A stretch of 64,000 nucleotides of DNA from an uncultured Actinomycetes bacterium (GCA_963705625.1 CAVPKG010000001.1:3790-67789), one strand, 5' to 3'; counted from the first letter of the stretch, positions 9,321-19,720 are shown. Program-made: numbers and translations. The notes: generated by a model from the sequence alone, not told the origin.

Positions 9321-10268
9321 CTATTTGGCGGTGCGATCGCGGAAGTCGCGGAGGTTGTAGCCGGTGAGGACACTGGGCTCGAGCGCGCGGGCGCCGGCAG
9401 AGCGACGCAGCCCGAACATCGGCGCGAGCTCGCCGAAGTAGCCCCCGGCGTCGATCTCGGTCACGCGTTCGTCGGCGCCGTCGGCTTGGACGCGGAAGAT
9501 CTCGATCCGGCCCGACTCGACGTAGTACACGAGGTCGCCGGGATCGCCCTGCTCGAAGAGCACCTCGCCCGGCGCGAGTTCGACGGTCTCGGGCGGCCTC
9601 GCCTCACCTGCGGCCCGGGGGGTGAGCTCGACGACGCGATCCGCGAGTGGCAGGAGCCGCTCGTCGTGCGTCGCCACGATGACGACCCGTCCGGGCTGCG
9701 CGAGGTCGCGCAGGAGCCGGAGCACGCCGTCGACCTGGATGTAGTCCAGGTGCGCGGTGGGCTCGTCGGCGAGCACCAGCGGCGGATCGTGCGCGAGCGC
9801 CCGTGCGATTGCGACGCGCTGTTGTTGCCCACCCGACATGTCGGCCGGGCGGTGCGTCATGCGGTCCTCGAGCCCCACCTGCCGGAGCAGCTCCTCCGCC
9901 CGCGCCTTCGCTTCGCGCTTCGGGACCTTTCCCGCCTGCGCCGCGATCTGCACGTTCTCGCGCGCGGTGAGGCTCGGGATCAGGTTGAAGGCCTGGAAGA
10001 CGATGCCCACGGTCGTGCGGCGGTAGTCGACCAGTGCCTGGCCGGACAGACCGGTGACGTCGATGTCGCCGAACGTGATACTGCCGCTCGTGGGCGTCAG
10101 CAGTCGTGCGAGCATCGAGAGCAGGGTGGTCTTGCCGCAGCCGCTCGCGCCCAGCAGCAGTACGAGCTCACCCGTGCTCACGTCGAGATCGAGCGAGTCG
10201 ATCGGCCGCACCTTGTAGCCGCCGCTCGCGAACTCCATCGTGAGGTCCTGGACACGGAGCTCGGGCAT
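9321..10268 (-). CDS. ABC transporter ATP-binding protein (MacB/LolD-type) fused to a C-terminal cyclic-nucleotide-binding domain
   Basis: Starts at MPELRVQDL (ATG 10268). It has Walker A GASGCGKTT, signature MSGGQQQRVAIARAL and Walker B LVLADEPTAHLD. The C-terminal ~110 aa read GEVLFEQGDPGDLVYYVESGRIEIF...GGYFGELAPMFG, a cNMP-binding fold. Confidence 0.85.
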   Translation of the reverse strand: MPELRVQDLTMEFASGGYKVRPIDSLDLDVSTGELVLLLGASGCGKTTLLSMLARLLTPTSGSITFGDIDVTGLSGQALVDYRRTTVGIVFQAFNLIPSLTARENVQIAAQAGKVPKREAKARAEELLRQVGLEDRMTHRPADMSGGQQQRVAIARALAHDPPLVLADEPTAHLDYIQVDGVLRLLRDLAQPGRVVIVATHDERLLPLADRVVELTPRAAGEARPPETVELAPGEVLFEQGDPGDLVYYVESGRIEIFRVQADGADERVTEIDAGGYFGELAPMFGLRRSAGARALEPSVLTGYNLRDFRDRTAK

Positions 10269-11314
10269 CACGCACCCCCGAACGCGATCGCCGGATCCAC
10301 GCCGATGGCGCGCCGGAGTCCGGCGAGGCTCGCGACCAGCCCCACGACTACCGCGACCACCGCGAGCAGCAGGTAGGCAGAGGTGGCGATCACGATCTGG
10401 AACGGGAAGAACGGTGCGAGCGCGAGCGCGATCGCGATGGCCAACACGGCGGAGACGAGTGACAGCACCACGGCCTGGAGCGCAAGCGCTCCGAAGAGCG
10501 TCGCGTTCGAAGTTCCGGTGGCCTTCAACACCGCGAAGTCGCGCACTCGCTCGAGCGCGGTGAGGTACACGATCAGAGCGATGATTCCCGCGGCGACGAT
10601 CCACAGCAGCACCTGGATGAAGTCGATCGACTGCTTGCCACTCTCGGTCGGTCGCTGGAGGTCGGCCTTGACCTGCGCGTTGGTCAGCACGGTCAACCCG
10701 GCCAGGTTTTCACGCGGGACACCCTTGGTGACCACCGCGCTGGCGAGGGGTTGTCCTGCGAACGAGAGGCCCTGCGCGTCATTCAGCGTCATGAAGACGG
10801 TATGGACACCGAAGTTGTACCGGAGGTCGCCGACCTTGCCCACGACGCGCTCCGGCTTTCCGCTGATCACGAGGACACTGCCGACGTCGGCATCGAGTTT
10901 GTCGTCGACGAGGATCTCACCGCTCCGCTTCGGCGCGCGACCCTCCGTGACCCGGGGTGCGCCCACCCCGCGCGGGACGTAGCCGAGGAGGTTCACGTCG
11001 GTGAGCGACGTGGTGCCGATCGTCGCCCGTGCCGTGATCATGGGCGACGCCGCCTGAACCCCCTGCGCGTCCTTCACCGCCGCGACGTCCTCGTCGACCA
11101 CGAACTTGGTGGCGGTGAACGGGCCGGACGCCCCGCGCGCCACCGCCCAGGAGTCGGCGTGGAACGAATCGACGAGCCGGTCGATCTCGGCGTCGAGCCC
11201 GTTGCTCATTCCCGCCATGATCAGGGTCATCGCGAAGACGACCGAGGTGGCGAGCGCCGCGATCATGAAGCGTCGGCGGCGGAACTGCAGATCACGTACC
11301 CCCACCAGCCACAT
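10268..11314 (-). CDS. ABC transporter permease, FtsX-like (MacB-type, periplasmic domain plus C-terminal TM bundle)
   Basis: ORF 10268..11314(-) reads FRRRRFMIAALATSVVFAMTLIMAG...ERVRDFAVLKATGTSNATLFGALALQAVVLSL. Its stop overlaps the ATPase start (TGATG). Confidence 0.8.
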   Translation of the reverse strand: MWLVGVRDLQFRRRRFMIAALATSVVFAMTLIMAGMSNGLDAEIDRLVDSFHADSWAVARGASGPFTATKFVVDEDVAAVKDAQGVQAASPMITARATIGTTSLTDVNLLGYVPRGVGAPRVTEGRAPKRSGEILVDDKLDADVGSVLVISGKPERVVGKVGDLRYNFGVHTVFMTLNDAQGLSFAGQPLASAVVTKGVPRENLAGLTVLTNAQVKADLQRPTESGKQSIDFIQVLLWIVAAGIIALIVYLTALERVRDFAVLKATGTSNATLFGALALQAVVLSLVSAVLAIAIALALAPFFPFQIVIATSAYLLLAVVAVVVGLVASLAGLRRAIGVDPAIAFGGA

Positions 11315-11416
11315 TGCAGAGGGTGTCTAGCCGGAGCCCGAGCACCGCTCCAAGTCGCCTGGAAGAGAGGAGCTGTTCCCGGCGCGACGCGGGGCGACCC
11401 GATACGCTGAGCGCTC

Positions 11417-12480
11417 GTGCGTCGGAGCATCTTGATCGTCTCCGCGTCCATGGGCGCGGGTCATGATGGCGCGGCCAAGGAGCTTCGCAAGCGGCTCGAG
11501 GACCGCGGCAATCGGGTGGAGGTCATCGACTTCCTCGACGCGGTCGCGTTCCACATCGGGCCCTTCCTCCGATGGTTCTACCAAGTGCAGCTCCGCCTCT
11601 TCCCGTGGAGCTACGAGTTGTCGCTACCGCATGTCGCCGCTGCTCCGCGCGCCGGCGGTGATGGTCGACACCTGGCTCACCCGCCGGAAGCTGCGCAAGG
11701 CGATCAAGGCGTTCCGCCCCGACACGATCGTGTCGGTGTACCCGCTCGCGTCGCTCGTGCTCGGCCGCATGCGACGCACGAAGTTGCTCCGCGTTCCCGT
11801 CGTCACCTACCTCACCGACTTCGCGGTGCACTCGCTGTGGGTCCACCCCGGCATCGACCGTCATCTGGCCGTCAGTGAGCTGTCGGCGCAGGCGGCGGCG
11901 GCTCGCGGCGGCAAGGACGCGCGTGTCCACGGGCCCCTGGTCGCCGATCGGTTCCGCGAGGCCCGCATCGACCGCGCCGCGGTGCGGAGCGCGCTCGGCC
12001 TCGAACCCGACGATCGCGCGGTGCTCGTCGTCGCCGGGTCGTGGGGCGTCGGTGACGTCGTCGCCACCGTCGAGGCGATCGGGCGCACCGGCGAGTTCCA
12101 CCCGATCACGGTGTGCGGGCGAGACGAGAAGCTGCGCGCCGACCTCGAGAGCCGTGGCTTCGGCACGGTGATCGGCTGGACCGACGAGATGCCCACGCTC
12201 ATGACCGCCGCCGACGCGCTGGTCGAGAACGCGGGCGGCCTCACGTGCATGGAGGCGTTCGCGGTCGGGCCTCCCGGTGATCACGTACCTGCCGATCGCC
12301 GGCCACGGCAAGGACAACGCCGAGATGATGGCGCGCTCCGGCGTCAACTGCTACGCGCACGACGAGGAGGAGCTGCACGACGCGCCTGCGCGAGGTCACC
12401 ACTCCCGGTCCCGCGCGCGACGCAACTGGTCGAGAACGGGCGGCGGCTGTTCGTCGGCGACCCCGCCGACCGACGTCGCC
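11417..12480 (+). pseudogene. GT28-type glycosyltransferase (MGDG synthase / UgtP-like), readable only with >=5 frame switches
   Basis: MRRSILIVSASMGAGHDGAAKELRKRLEDRG is in ORF 11417. ...PDTIVSVYPLASLVLG...VVTYLTDFAVHSLWVHP...VLVVAGSWGVGD...MTAADALVENAGGLTCMEAFAVG is in ORF 11463. LPVITYLPIAGHGKDNAEMMARSG is in ORF 12277. Confidence 0.6.
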
Positions 12481-13200
12481 GAGCTCGCGGCTGCCAACGA
12501 CTCCGTCGACCGCAAGGGGCGGGTGGTCGCGCTCCGCACACCCAAAGGGCGACGCTCGGTCACGATCGTGGCCGCGAGCGTCGTCGTGCTGTACATCGGG
12601 CTCACCGTCGGCGCCCAGGCGGTCTCGGCGATCGGCGTCGGGGTGGCCAAGCCGCCCGCGAGCGTCCGAGCACGCCGCTTACGTCGGTGTGCGCCTCGAC
12701 GATCACCAGCTCCGACGACCGGGTGCTGCTCGCTGCGATCAACGACCTCGGCGTGTCGGTGGTGGTCGACGCGCAGACCGCGGGCCATCGCTCGCCCGAG
12801 CTCGAGTGGCTGGCCGACCGCAACGTCGACATCGCGAACGGGGGATGGGGTAAGGGAACGCTGCTCCCGTGGAACCAGGCCCGGAACGACCTCGACAGGG
12901 CCGGCAAGCTCATCGCCCGTGAGGTCGGCGAGCCAACCCACGAGTTCGTCCCGGCCGGCGGCTCGACGCGTTCGACCAGTTCTACTCACGGCGCGCGAAG
13001 CAGACGTCTCGTCGTGCCCGACCACACGTTCGGGCCCGAGAGCCTGCCGTCGACGGTCGAAGCGCGGAAGGTGTACCTGCTCGACGGTCGCGACCGCGAT
13101 CGCGAAGGCGATGGAGATCGCGGTGTCCGACCTCGAGGCGCGGCTCGACGCACGCCGGTCTGCACGCGCACCCGCTCGGGGAGCTCCGCTGAAGCACCGC
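12480..13200 (+). pseudogene. membrane-anchored deacetylase-like middle module (possibly the same polypeptide as the flanking GT and NodB modules)
   Basis: A TM segment RRSVTIVAASVVVLYIGLTVGAQAV is followed by ...DDRVLLAAINDLGVSVVVDAQTAG...NVDIANGGWGKG...THEFVP...RLVVPDHTF...KVYLLDG, spread over three frames. No in-frame stop can be placed. Weak call. Confidence 0.3.
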
Positions 13201-13203
13201 GGC

Positions 13204-13957
13204 ATGAAGCTCGCTGCCGTTGCGGGCGCGGCGGGTCTCGGTGCGGCCACGGTGCACGCGGCACCCGCGCTCGCCGGTGTGTCGCCGATCGGGGTGCGCA
13301 TCACGCCGCGCCTCGTCGGTGTCGGCCGGCCCGGTCACGTCGCGCTGACGTTCGACGACGGCCCCGACCCGGTGTCGACGCCCGAGGTCCTCTCGCGTGC
13401 TCGACGACCTCGGCTGGCAGCGCCACGTTCTTCATGCTCGGTGACATGGTCCGTCGATCGCCAACGCATCGCTCAGGACGTCGCGGCTGCCGGGCACGAG
13501 GTCGCGGTCCACGGTGACCTGCACCGCAACATGCTGCGACGCACGCCACCGCAGCATCGAGCGACGACATCACGCACGCGTATCGACACCGTCGCGACGG
13601 CCACCGGCGTCGAGCCGCGCTGGTTCCGGCCGCCGTTCGGCATCCTGTCGTTCTCGCGTCGCTGCGCGCCGGCACGACGCCTCGGCATGACGCACGGTCC
13701 TCTGGACCACGTGGGGCCGCGACTGGCGACGCGAGGCCACGCCCGAGTCCGTGGTCGCCGACGTGACGCGCCGCTACGTCGACGGCGGGACCGTGCTGCT
13801 CCACGACTCCGACTGCACGTCGTACCCCGGGTCGTGGAAGGCCACAGTGGGTGCACTTCCCCGGCTCGCGGACGAGCTCGCGGCGCGCCGTCTCACCGTC
13901 GGTGCGGTCGGCGACCACGGGATCGAGTCCGCCAAGGCGTTCACGTACCCTCGCTGA
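13204..13957 (+). pseudogene. polysaccharide deacetylase (NodB homology domain), >=3 frame switches
   Basis: MKLAAVAGAAGLGAATVHAAPALA (signal) ...HVALTFDDGPDP / LDDLGWQATFFMLGDMV / AAGHEVAVHGDLH...WFRPPFG / VLWTTWGRDW...TVLLHDSD...LTVGAV. The stop is at 13955..13957. Confidence 0.65.
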
Positions 13958-13958
13958 C

Positions 13959-14828
13959 ATGGCCGTCGCGCTCGCGCTCCTCGCGGGCCTCAGCTATGCG
14001 GGTGCGTCCGTGCTCCAACAGCGGGTTGCCGCCGAGCAACCGCCGGAGCTGTCGCTGCGACCGGCCCTCCTGCTCGCGCTCGTGCGGCGACCGGTGTGGC
14101 TGCTCGGCATCGCCCTCGACATCGGCGCGTACGGATTCGAGGCGGGCGCGCTCGCGACCGGGACCGTGGTCACCGTCGCGCCGCTGCTCGTGAGCGGGCT
14201 CTTGTTCGCGCTGCCGTTGTCGACGATCGGTCACGGGCGACGCGTCACGCGCCACGAATGGATCCCCGCGATCGCCGTCACGGGCGGGCTGGCGTTGTTC
14301 GTGGCCGTCGGCTCGCCGGCGGGCGATCGCTCCACCGCGTCGCTCGCCGCGTGGGTCGTGGCGGGAGCGGTCGTCGCGGTGATCACCGGCACGCTGGTCG
14401 CGCTCGCGGTGAAGACGATTGGATCGCGGCGCGCGCTCTATCTCGGCGTCGCGACGGGCACGGTGTACGGCTTCACCGCGATCCTCACCAAAGCCACCGT
14501 CGACCTGGTCGACGGCGGGGTGGTCCAGCTCCTGGGACACTGGCAGTTGTACGCGTTGCTCGCGGTGTCGGCCGTCGGACTCCTGCTGAACCAGAGCGCG
14601 TTCCAGGCCGGCCACGTCGCCGCGTCGTTGCCCGCGATCGCCGTGACGAACCCCGTGCTGAGCTGCATCTTCGCGGTGACGATGTTCGGTGAGCATCTCG
14701 GTGCGCACGGTCCGCTCGAGGTGTCGGTGACGTCAGCGGCGATCGTCGCGATGGCCGTGGGCACGATCGCGCTGGCGCGCTCGCCGCTGGTCACGCACGA
14801 GGACTCGGAGGTCCCCGCAACCGCTTGA
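13959..14828 (+). CDS. multi-pass membrane protein (DMT/EamA-like)
   Basis: Internal ATG 13959 of ORF 13851..14828. About nine hydrophobic helices are visible (LLAGLSYAGASVL, VWLLGIALDIGAYGF, VAPLLVSGLLFALPL ...). The gene is intact. Confidence 0.6.
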   Translation: MAVALALLAGLSYAGASVLQQRVAAEQPPELSLRPALLLALVRRPVWLLGIALDIGAYGFEAGALATGTVVTVAPLLVSGLLFALPLSTIGHGRRVTRHEWIPAIAVTGGLALFVAVGSPAGDRSTASLAAWVVAGAVVAVITGTLVALAVKTIGSRRALYLGVATGTVYGFTAILTKATVDLVDGGVVQLLGHWQLYALLAVSAVGLLLNQSAFQAGHVAASLPAIAVTNPVLSCIFAVTMFGEHLGAHGPLEVSVTSAAIVAMAVGTIALARSPLVTHEDSEVPATA

Positions 14829-14832
14829 GCAC

Positions 14833-15745
14833 CTACGGCGCCGACGCTCGGCTCTGCTGGAGGTCGAGGACGGCCTCGGCGAGGGAGTCGAGCTCCTCGT
14901 CCCACGACTCGACCGGCTGCAGCGGTACCGGCACGAGCTTGGAGAAGCCGACGGCGATGAACTCCTCGAGCCGCGTCCGGAGCGCGTCGAGGCCGACGAC
15001 GATCACCTCGTCGGGGTCGACGCCGCGCCGTTCCGCGAGCGCACGCGCGTACGCGCTCGGCATCTCGGTGCGGGTGTAGAAGACCATCGCGCCGAAGTGC
15101 TCGGGGTCGATCGCACGCCCCGAGTCGGCCGCCGCCTTCTCGACGACCACCCGGCCCTCGGCGACCACGACGGGGGTGCAGAAGCTCGGAAGCCACCCGT
15201 CGCCCAAGCGCCCGACGCGGCGGAGCTCCGCCGGCGCGCGGCCGCCGAGCCACACGTCGAGCGGTTGCTGGATCGGCAGCATGCCGATCGACACGCCTTC
15301 GTAGTGGAAGCGCGGGCCGTCGTGGTCGACCGTCTCCTCGGTCCACAGGCGACGGAGCAGCGGGAGCGCCTCGTCGAACAGCGGCGCGCGATCTTCCCGC
15401 GTGACGCCGAACGCCTGCTGCTCCATCGGCTCGACGACGCCGAGCCCGAACGCCGGGAGCGCGCGCCCGCCCGACAGCACGGTCGAGGGCCGCCCACTGC
15501 TTCGCGAGGAGCACCGGATTGCGCCCGGGCAGCACCTGCACCGACGTGCCGAGCTTCAGCTTGCGCGTGCGCCCGGCAGCGAACGAGAGCGCGACCAACG
15601 GGTCGGGCGTCGGTCCGGTCGCGCGCTCCGAGCACCAGATCGAGTCGAAGCCGTTGCGCTCGAGCGCGTCGACGAGCTCGCCGAACCGAGTGCCGCCGTC
15701 CGCGAGCCCCGCGGTCCCGGCACCGAAGCCGATGCGAACCTTCAC
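14833..15745 (-). CDS. LLM-class (luciferase-like) F420-dependent oxidoreductase, one frameshift near 15485
   Basis: MKVRIGFGAGTAG...FDSIWCSERATGPTPDPLVALSFAAGRTRKLKLGTSVQVLPGRNPVLLAKQWAALD (ORF 14438..15745) continues as LSGGRALPAFGLGVVEP...DGWLPSF (ORF 14833..15480). Confidence 0.8.
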
Positions 15746-15775
15746 TCTGCGCTCGCTCCGGTGCGTATGAGCATT

Positions 15776-16991
15776 TCAGACCCGCAGGGACTCGTACTGT
15801 CGCAGCTCGCGGCGGGCGATCTGCTGGAGGTGCACCTCGTCGGGGCCGTCGACGAGGTGGAGGGTGCGCGCGTGCGCGTACATCTCGGCGAGCGGCCAGT
15901 CGTCGGTGACGCCGGCGCCGCCGAACATCTGGATGGCCCGGTCGATCACCGTGGTGGCGAGCCGGGCGGCGACCACCTTGATCGCGCCGATCTCGAAGCG
16001 CGCGCTCTTCTTGCCGACGGTGTCGATCAGCCACGCCGCCTTCGAGCGTGAGGAGCCGTGCCTGCTCGATCGCGATGCGTGACTCGGCGATGCGCTCCTG
16101 GATCACGCCCTGGTCGGCGAGGTGCTTGCCGAACGTGACCCGGCTCTGGGCGCGTGTGCACATCAGCTCGAGGGCGAGCTCGGCCATGCCGATCGCGCGC
16201 ATGCAGTGATGGATGCGCCCGGGACCGAGCCGCGCCTGCGCGATCGCGAACCCGCCGCCCTCCTCACCGAGGATGTACTCCTTTGGCACCCGGACGTTCT
16301 CGTAGAGCGTCTCGCAATGGCCCATGCCGTGATCACGACCGAACACCGGGAGCGACCGCACGATCGTGACGCCGGCTGTGTCGAGCGGGACGAGCACCAT
16401 GCTGTGGCGCCGGTGCGCGTCGCCATTCGGGTCGGACACGCCCATGAGGATCGCGAAGGTGCACCGCTTCGAGGCCGCACCGCTCGTGAACCACTTGTGC
16501 GCGTTGATCACGTAGTGGTCACCGTCGCGCTCGATGCGGCTCTGGATGTTGGTGGCGTCGGAGCTGGCCACGAACGGTTCGGTCATCGCGAAGCAGGAGC
16601 GCGTCTCGCCGTCGAGCAGCGGCTGGAGGAACTGCTCTCGCTGCAGGGGTGTGCCGAACTCCGCCAGGATCTCCATGTTGCCGGTGTCGGGCGCGCTGCA
16701 GTTGGTCGCTTCCTGGGAGAGCGGAGAACGTCCCATCAGCTCGCACAGCGGCGCGTAGTCGAGGTTGCCGAGCCCGGCGCCGTACGTGACGTCGGGCATG
16801 AAGAGGTTCCACAGACCGCGTGCTCGCGCCTCCGCCTTCAGCTCCTCCATCACCGGGGGATGGAAGTGCGGATCGCCCGACTCCTCGACCTGCTTCCGAG
16901 CGACGGGAATGGCCGGTTCGACGAACATGTCGATGAACTCGGCGAGTTCCCGCCTGAGCTCCTCGGCGCGTGGGCTGGGCGCGAAGTCCAT
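15776..16991 (-). CDS. acyl-CoA dehydrogenase family protein, one frameshift near 16040
   Basis: [19 protein letters not shown]...[16 protein letters not shown]...[16 protein letters not shown] is in ORF 15003..17171. The C-terminus [49 protein letters not shown] is in ORF 15776..15976. The junction is restored by removing one G in GAAGGCG. Confidence 0.85.
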
Positions 16992-17164
16992 GGGTCGCAT
17001 CCTCGTCCTCAGCGAACCGGCGTCGGCAAACGGGGTATCACCCCACCAGCTGACGCCAGTTCGTCTCAGCGGGGTCGTGACCTGGACCCTACCGCTCAGC
17101 AGGCGCTCGATCCCCTTGCCGTGCACCGAATCGACGCACCGGTGTCGGCTCGGGTTGCCTCGGG

Positions 17165-17803
17165 ATGCCACCTAGCCTGGCATGGGTGGCCACGCCCCCG
17201 TTGCGCGAGGACGACGTCGACCCCCATCCGATCGTGCAGTTCGGCCGCTGGTACGACGATGCCGAGGCCCGAGGCGTGCTGCAGCCCGATGCGATGATCG
17301 TGGCGAGCGCCACGCCCGACGCCCGACCGTCGGCGCGAGCCGTGCTGCTGCGCGGCTTCGACGAACGCGGCTTCTGCTTCTTCACCAACTACGGGAGCCG
17401 AAAGGGCCGCGAGCTCGACGCGAACCCGCACGCGGCCGTGCTCTTTCACTGGCCTGCGGTGCAGCGACAGGTGCGCGCGACCGGTCGCGTCGAACGTGTG
17501 GCACCGCAGGAATCGGAGGCCTACTGGCGCAACCGGCCGCGCCCGAGCCGCGTGAGCGCGTGGGCGTCGGCGCAGAGCGCGCCCATCGGATCGCGCGAGG
17601 AGCTCGAGGCGCGCGCGGCCGCGGCCGAAGCGAGGTTTGCCACGGGCGACGGCGACGTTCCCCTCCCGCCGTTCTGGGGTGGCTACCGGCTCGTCCCCGA
17701 CGAGCTCGAGCTCTGGGAACACCGTGCGGATCGACTGCACGACCGGTTGCGCTACACGCGTGCGGACAACGACACGTGGGTGATCGACCGTCTCCAGCCG
17801 TGA
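17165..17803 (+). CDS. pdxH: pyridoxamine 5'-phosphate oxidase
   Basis: ORF 17165..17803 reads PIVQFGRWYDDA...MIVASATPDARPSARAVLLRGFDERGFCFFTNYGSRKGRELDANPHAAVLFHW...QVR..G.VERV...YW..RPR.S...AWAS.QS...WGGYRL.P...E.W. The gene is full length. Confidence 0.9.
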   Translation: MPPSLAWVATPPLREDDVDPHPIVQFGRWYDDAEARGVLQPDAMIVASATPDARPSARAVLLRGFDERGFCFFTNYGSRKGRELDANPHAAVLFHWPAVQRQVRATGRVERVAPQESEAYWRNRPRPSRVSAWASAQSAPIGSREELEARAAAAEARFATGDGDVPLPPFWGGYRLVPDELELWEHRADRLHDRLRYTRADNDTWVIDRLQP

Positions 17804-17835
17804 GCCGAACGATCGACGCTCGTAGGGTGTCTCAC

Positions 17836-18093
17836 ATGCGCCGTTCCATCGATGATGCTCTCGACGACCACCCTGCCGACGACGACGAGCGACCACCCGT
17901 CTCGTGGGCGGTCGCGCTCACCGACGACTGCGACGCGTGCGGCGAGGGCGAACTGCGTATCGTGCTCACTGTCGAGGAAGCCGGGCGTGCCGGTCTCGGG
18001 ATCGCCGCGCACCTCGCGCCGGATACTGCACGCCGCCTCCGCGTCGCGATCGCCGCGGCACTGCGCGAGATCGGCGAAGACCCGGGAGCCTGA
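17836..18093 (+). CDS. hypothetical small acidic protein
   Basis: Internal ATG 17836 of ORF 17182..18093 gives MRRSIDDALDDHP...CDACGEGELRIVLTVEEAGRAGLG. Codon usage is GC3-rich like the neighbours. I recognise no family. Confidence 0.35.
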   Translation: MRRSIDDALDDHPADDDERPPVSWAVALTDDCDACGEGELRIVLTVEEAGRAGLGIAAHLAPDTARRLRVAIAAALREIGEDPGA

Positions 18094-18122
18094 GCGACCC
18101 ATGAGATAGGACATACAGTGAC

Positions 18123-18380
18123 GTGGTGAGCTCGACCGAGTGGGAACGTCCCGTCGACAAGTTCAAGCGTTCCGCCGCCGGTTCCGTTGTGGCCGCGGGG
18201 CTGCTCGGTCTCCGCGACGCACTCGAAGGACGCCCCGAGAAGGAGGAGCCGGCGATCGTCTCCGAAGCGCCCACCGCGCCTCCTCCCGACAACATCGAGG
18301 TGGTCCTCGACTTCGAGCACCCGGAGCGTTCGGTCGTGTACCTGTACGAGCCCACCGAGCCGCCGACGCCCGATGACTGA
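18123..18380 (+). CDS. hypothetical small protein
   Basis: ORF 18123..18380. Its stop overlaps the next start (ATGACTGA). I recognise no family. Confidence 0.35.
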   Translation: MVSSTEWERPVDKFKRSAAGSVVAAGLLGLRDALEGRPEKEEPAIVSEAPTAPPPDNIEVVLDFEHPERSVVYLYEPTEPPTPDD

Positions 18381-18771
18381 GCCGTTCGACCTGCACACGA
18401 CGCACGTCCACCTCGGCCTCGGCGCGCGCGTGGAGCCGTTGCCCGACTTCCAGTGGAGCTCCGAGTATCTCGACGCGTACACGGCGCGCACCGCGCCCGA
18501 CGGCAACGAAGGTCGGCTCGTCGTGCTGATGGAGCAGAACGCGTCCTGGGAGTCGTGGGAACGACACCCGGCCGGTGACGAGCTGGTGGTGTTGCTCTCC
18601 GGTCGCGCCGACCTCATCCAGGAGGTCGACGGCGAGCACCGCGTGGTCGAGCTGCGTCCCGGCATGGCGGTGATCAACCCTCCGGGCGTGTGGCACACCG
18701 CCGACGTGCACGAACCCGGCGAGGCGCTCTTCATCACCGCCGGCCGCGGCACCGAGACCCGCCCGCGCTGA
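18373..18771 (+). CDS. cupin domain protein
   Basis: MTEPFDLHTTHVHLG...WERHPAGDELVVLLSGRADLIQEV...GMAVINPPGVWHTADV is a cupin two-motif pattern. ATG 18373 lies inside ORF 18187..18771. Confidence 0.6.
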   Translation: MTEPFDLHTTHVHLGLGARVEPLPDFQWSSEYLDAYTARTAPDGNEGRLVVLMEQNASWESWERHPAGDELVVLLSGRADLIQEVDGEHRVVELRPGMAVINPPGVWHTADVHEPGEALFITAGRGTETRPR

Positions 18772-18777
18772 TCGCGC

Positions 18778-19713
18778 GTGTCGCGCGACCACACGTTCCG
18801 CGTCCCTGCGGCGCTCCACGACAGCTTTGCCGGTACCACCGAGGGTGATCCGTGGCTCGCTGCCCTCCCGGGCCTCGTCGAGGAGTTGGAACGGCATTGG
18901 GATGTCCGTATCGGCGAGCCGTTCGAAGGCGGTATGGCCTCGTGGAGCGCGCCGGCGTCTCGCGCCGATGGCACGGACGTTGTGGTCAAGCTCGCGTTTC
19001 CGCATCGAGAAGCGCGTGAGGAGGGGACGGCGCTGCAGTTGTGGGGCGGCGAAGGCGCGGTGCTCCTCCTCGACGAGGATCGTGAGCGCCGTGCGCTGCT
19101 GATCGAACGTTGTCAACCGGGCACGACGTTGCGCGACACGGGCCTTCCCGTCGAGGACGCGCTGAGCATCGGCGCCGAGCTGCTCAGGCGATTGTGGCGC
19201 GAGCCCGGGAACCCGTCGGCGTACGAGCGCGTCGCCGACGTGACCGCCGAATGGGCCGTCGATGTCCGCCGGCGTGTCGAGCGACAGTCACCACCGTTCG
19301 ACGTGGGACTCGTGGAGCTCGGCGCGAGCCTGCTCGAATCGCTCCCCGCGAGCGCGGCGCGCGACACCGTCGTCGTGCACGGTGACTTCAACCCCGGCAA
19401 CGTCCTCGCGGCGACGCGTGAGCCATGGCTCGCGATCGATCCTCATCCGATGGTGGGAGACCCTGCGTACGACCCGTCGCAGTTCCTCCTCCAGGTCGAC
19501 GATCCGTTCGAGCACGCGTATCCGCCCGCGGTGCTCGTTCATCGCTTCGAGTTCTTCGGGGACCTCGTTGGTGAAGATCCGCGACGAATGTTTGCGTGGG
19601 CCGTCGCCCGCGAGGTCGAGTACGCGATGTGGGAGTGGTCACGCGGCCAAGCTGCGAGGGCGCAGGCGGCGATGGATCAGGTCGCGGTGCTCGCGCAACT
19701 CGCAGGGCTCTGA
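18778..19713 (+). CDS. aminoglycoside phosphotransferase family protein (APH(6)/streptomycin-hydroxyurea kinase-like)
   Basis: ORF 18778..19713 reads VVVKLAFPHREAREEGTALQLWGGEGAVLLLD...VVVHGDFNPGNVLAA...WLAIDPHPMVGDPAYD, a Brenner-type kinase motif. Confidence 0.75.
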   Translation: MSRDHTFRVPAALHDSFAGTTEGDPWLAALPGLVEELERHWDVRIGEPFEGGMASWSAPASRADGTDVVVKLAFPHREAREEGTALQLWGGEGAVLLLDEDRERRALLIERCQPGTTLRDTGLPVEDALSIGAELLRRLWREPGNPSAYERVADVTAEWAVDVRRRVERQSPPFDVGLVELGASLLESLPASAARDTVVVHGDFNPGNVLAATREPWLAIDPHPMVGDPAYDPSQFLLQVDDPFEHAYPPAVLVHRFEFFGDLVGEDPRRMFAWAVAREVEYAMWEWSRGQAARAQAAMDQVAVLAQLAGL

Positions 19714-19720
19714 CGATCGG

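Noticed and set aside
15003-17171. 722-aa ORF that looks like one large protein
   Set aside because: Only codons from MDFAPSP… (16991) to ~16040 are acyl-CoA dehydrogenase. After the frame lesion the ORF reads antisense-like Arg/Pro-rich sequence across the LLM gene in the wrong frame. The same applies to the 764-aa ORF 22230..24524, which is thiQ plus out-of-frame thiP.
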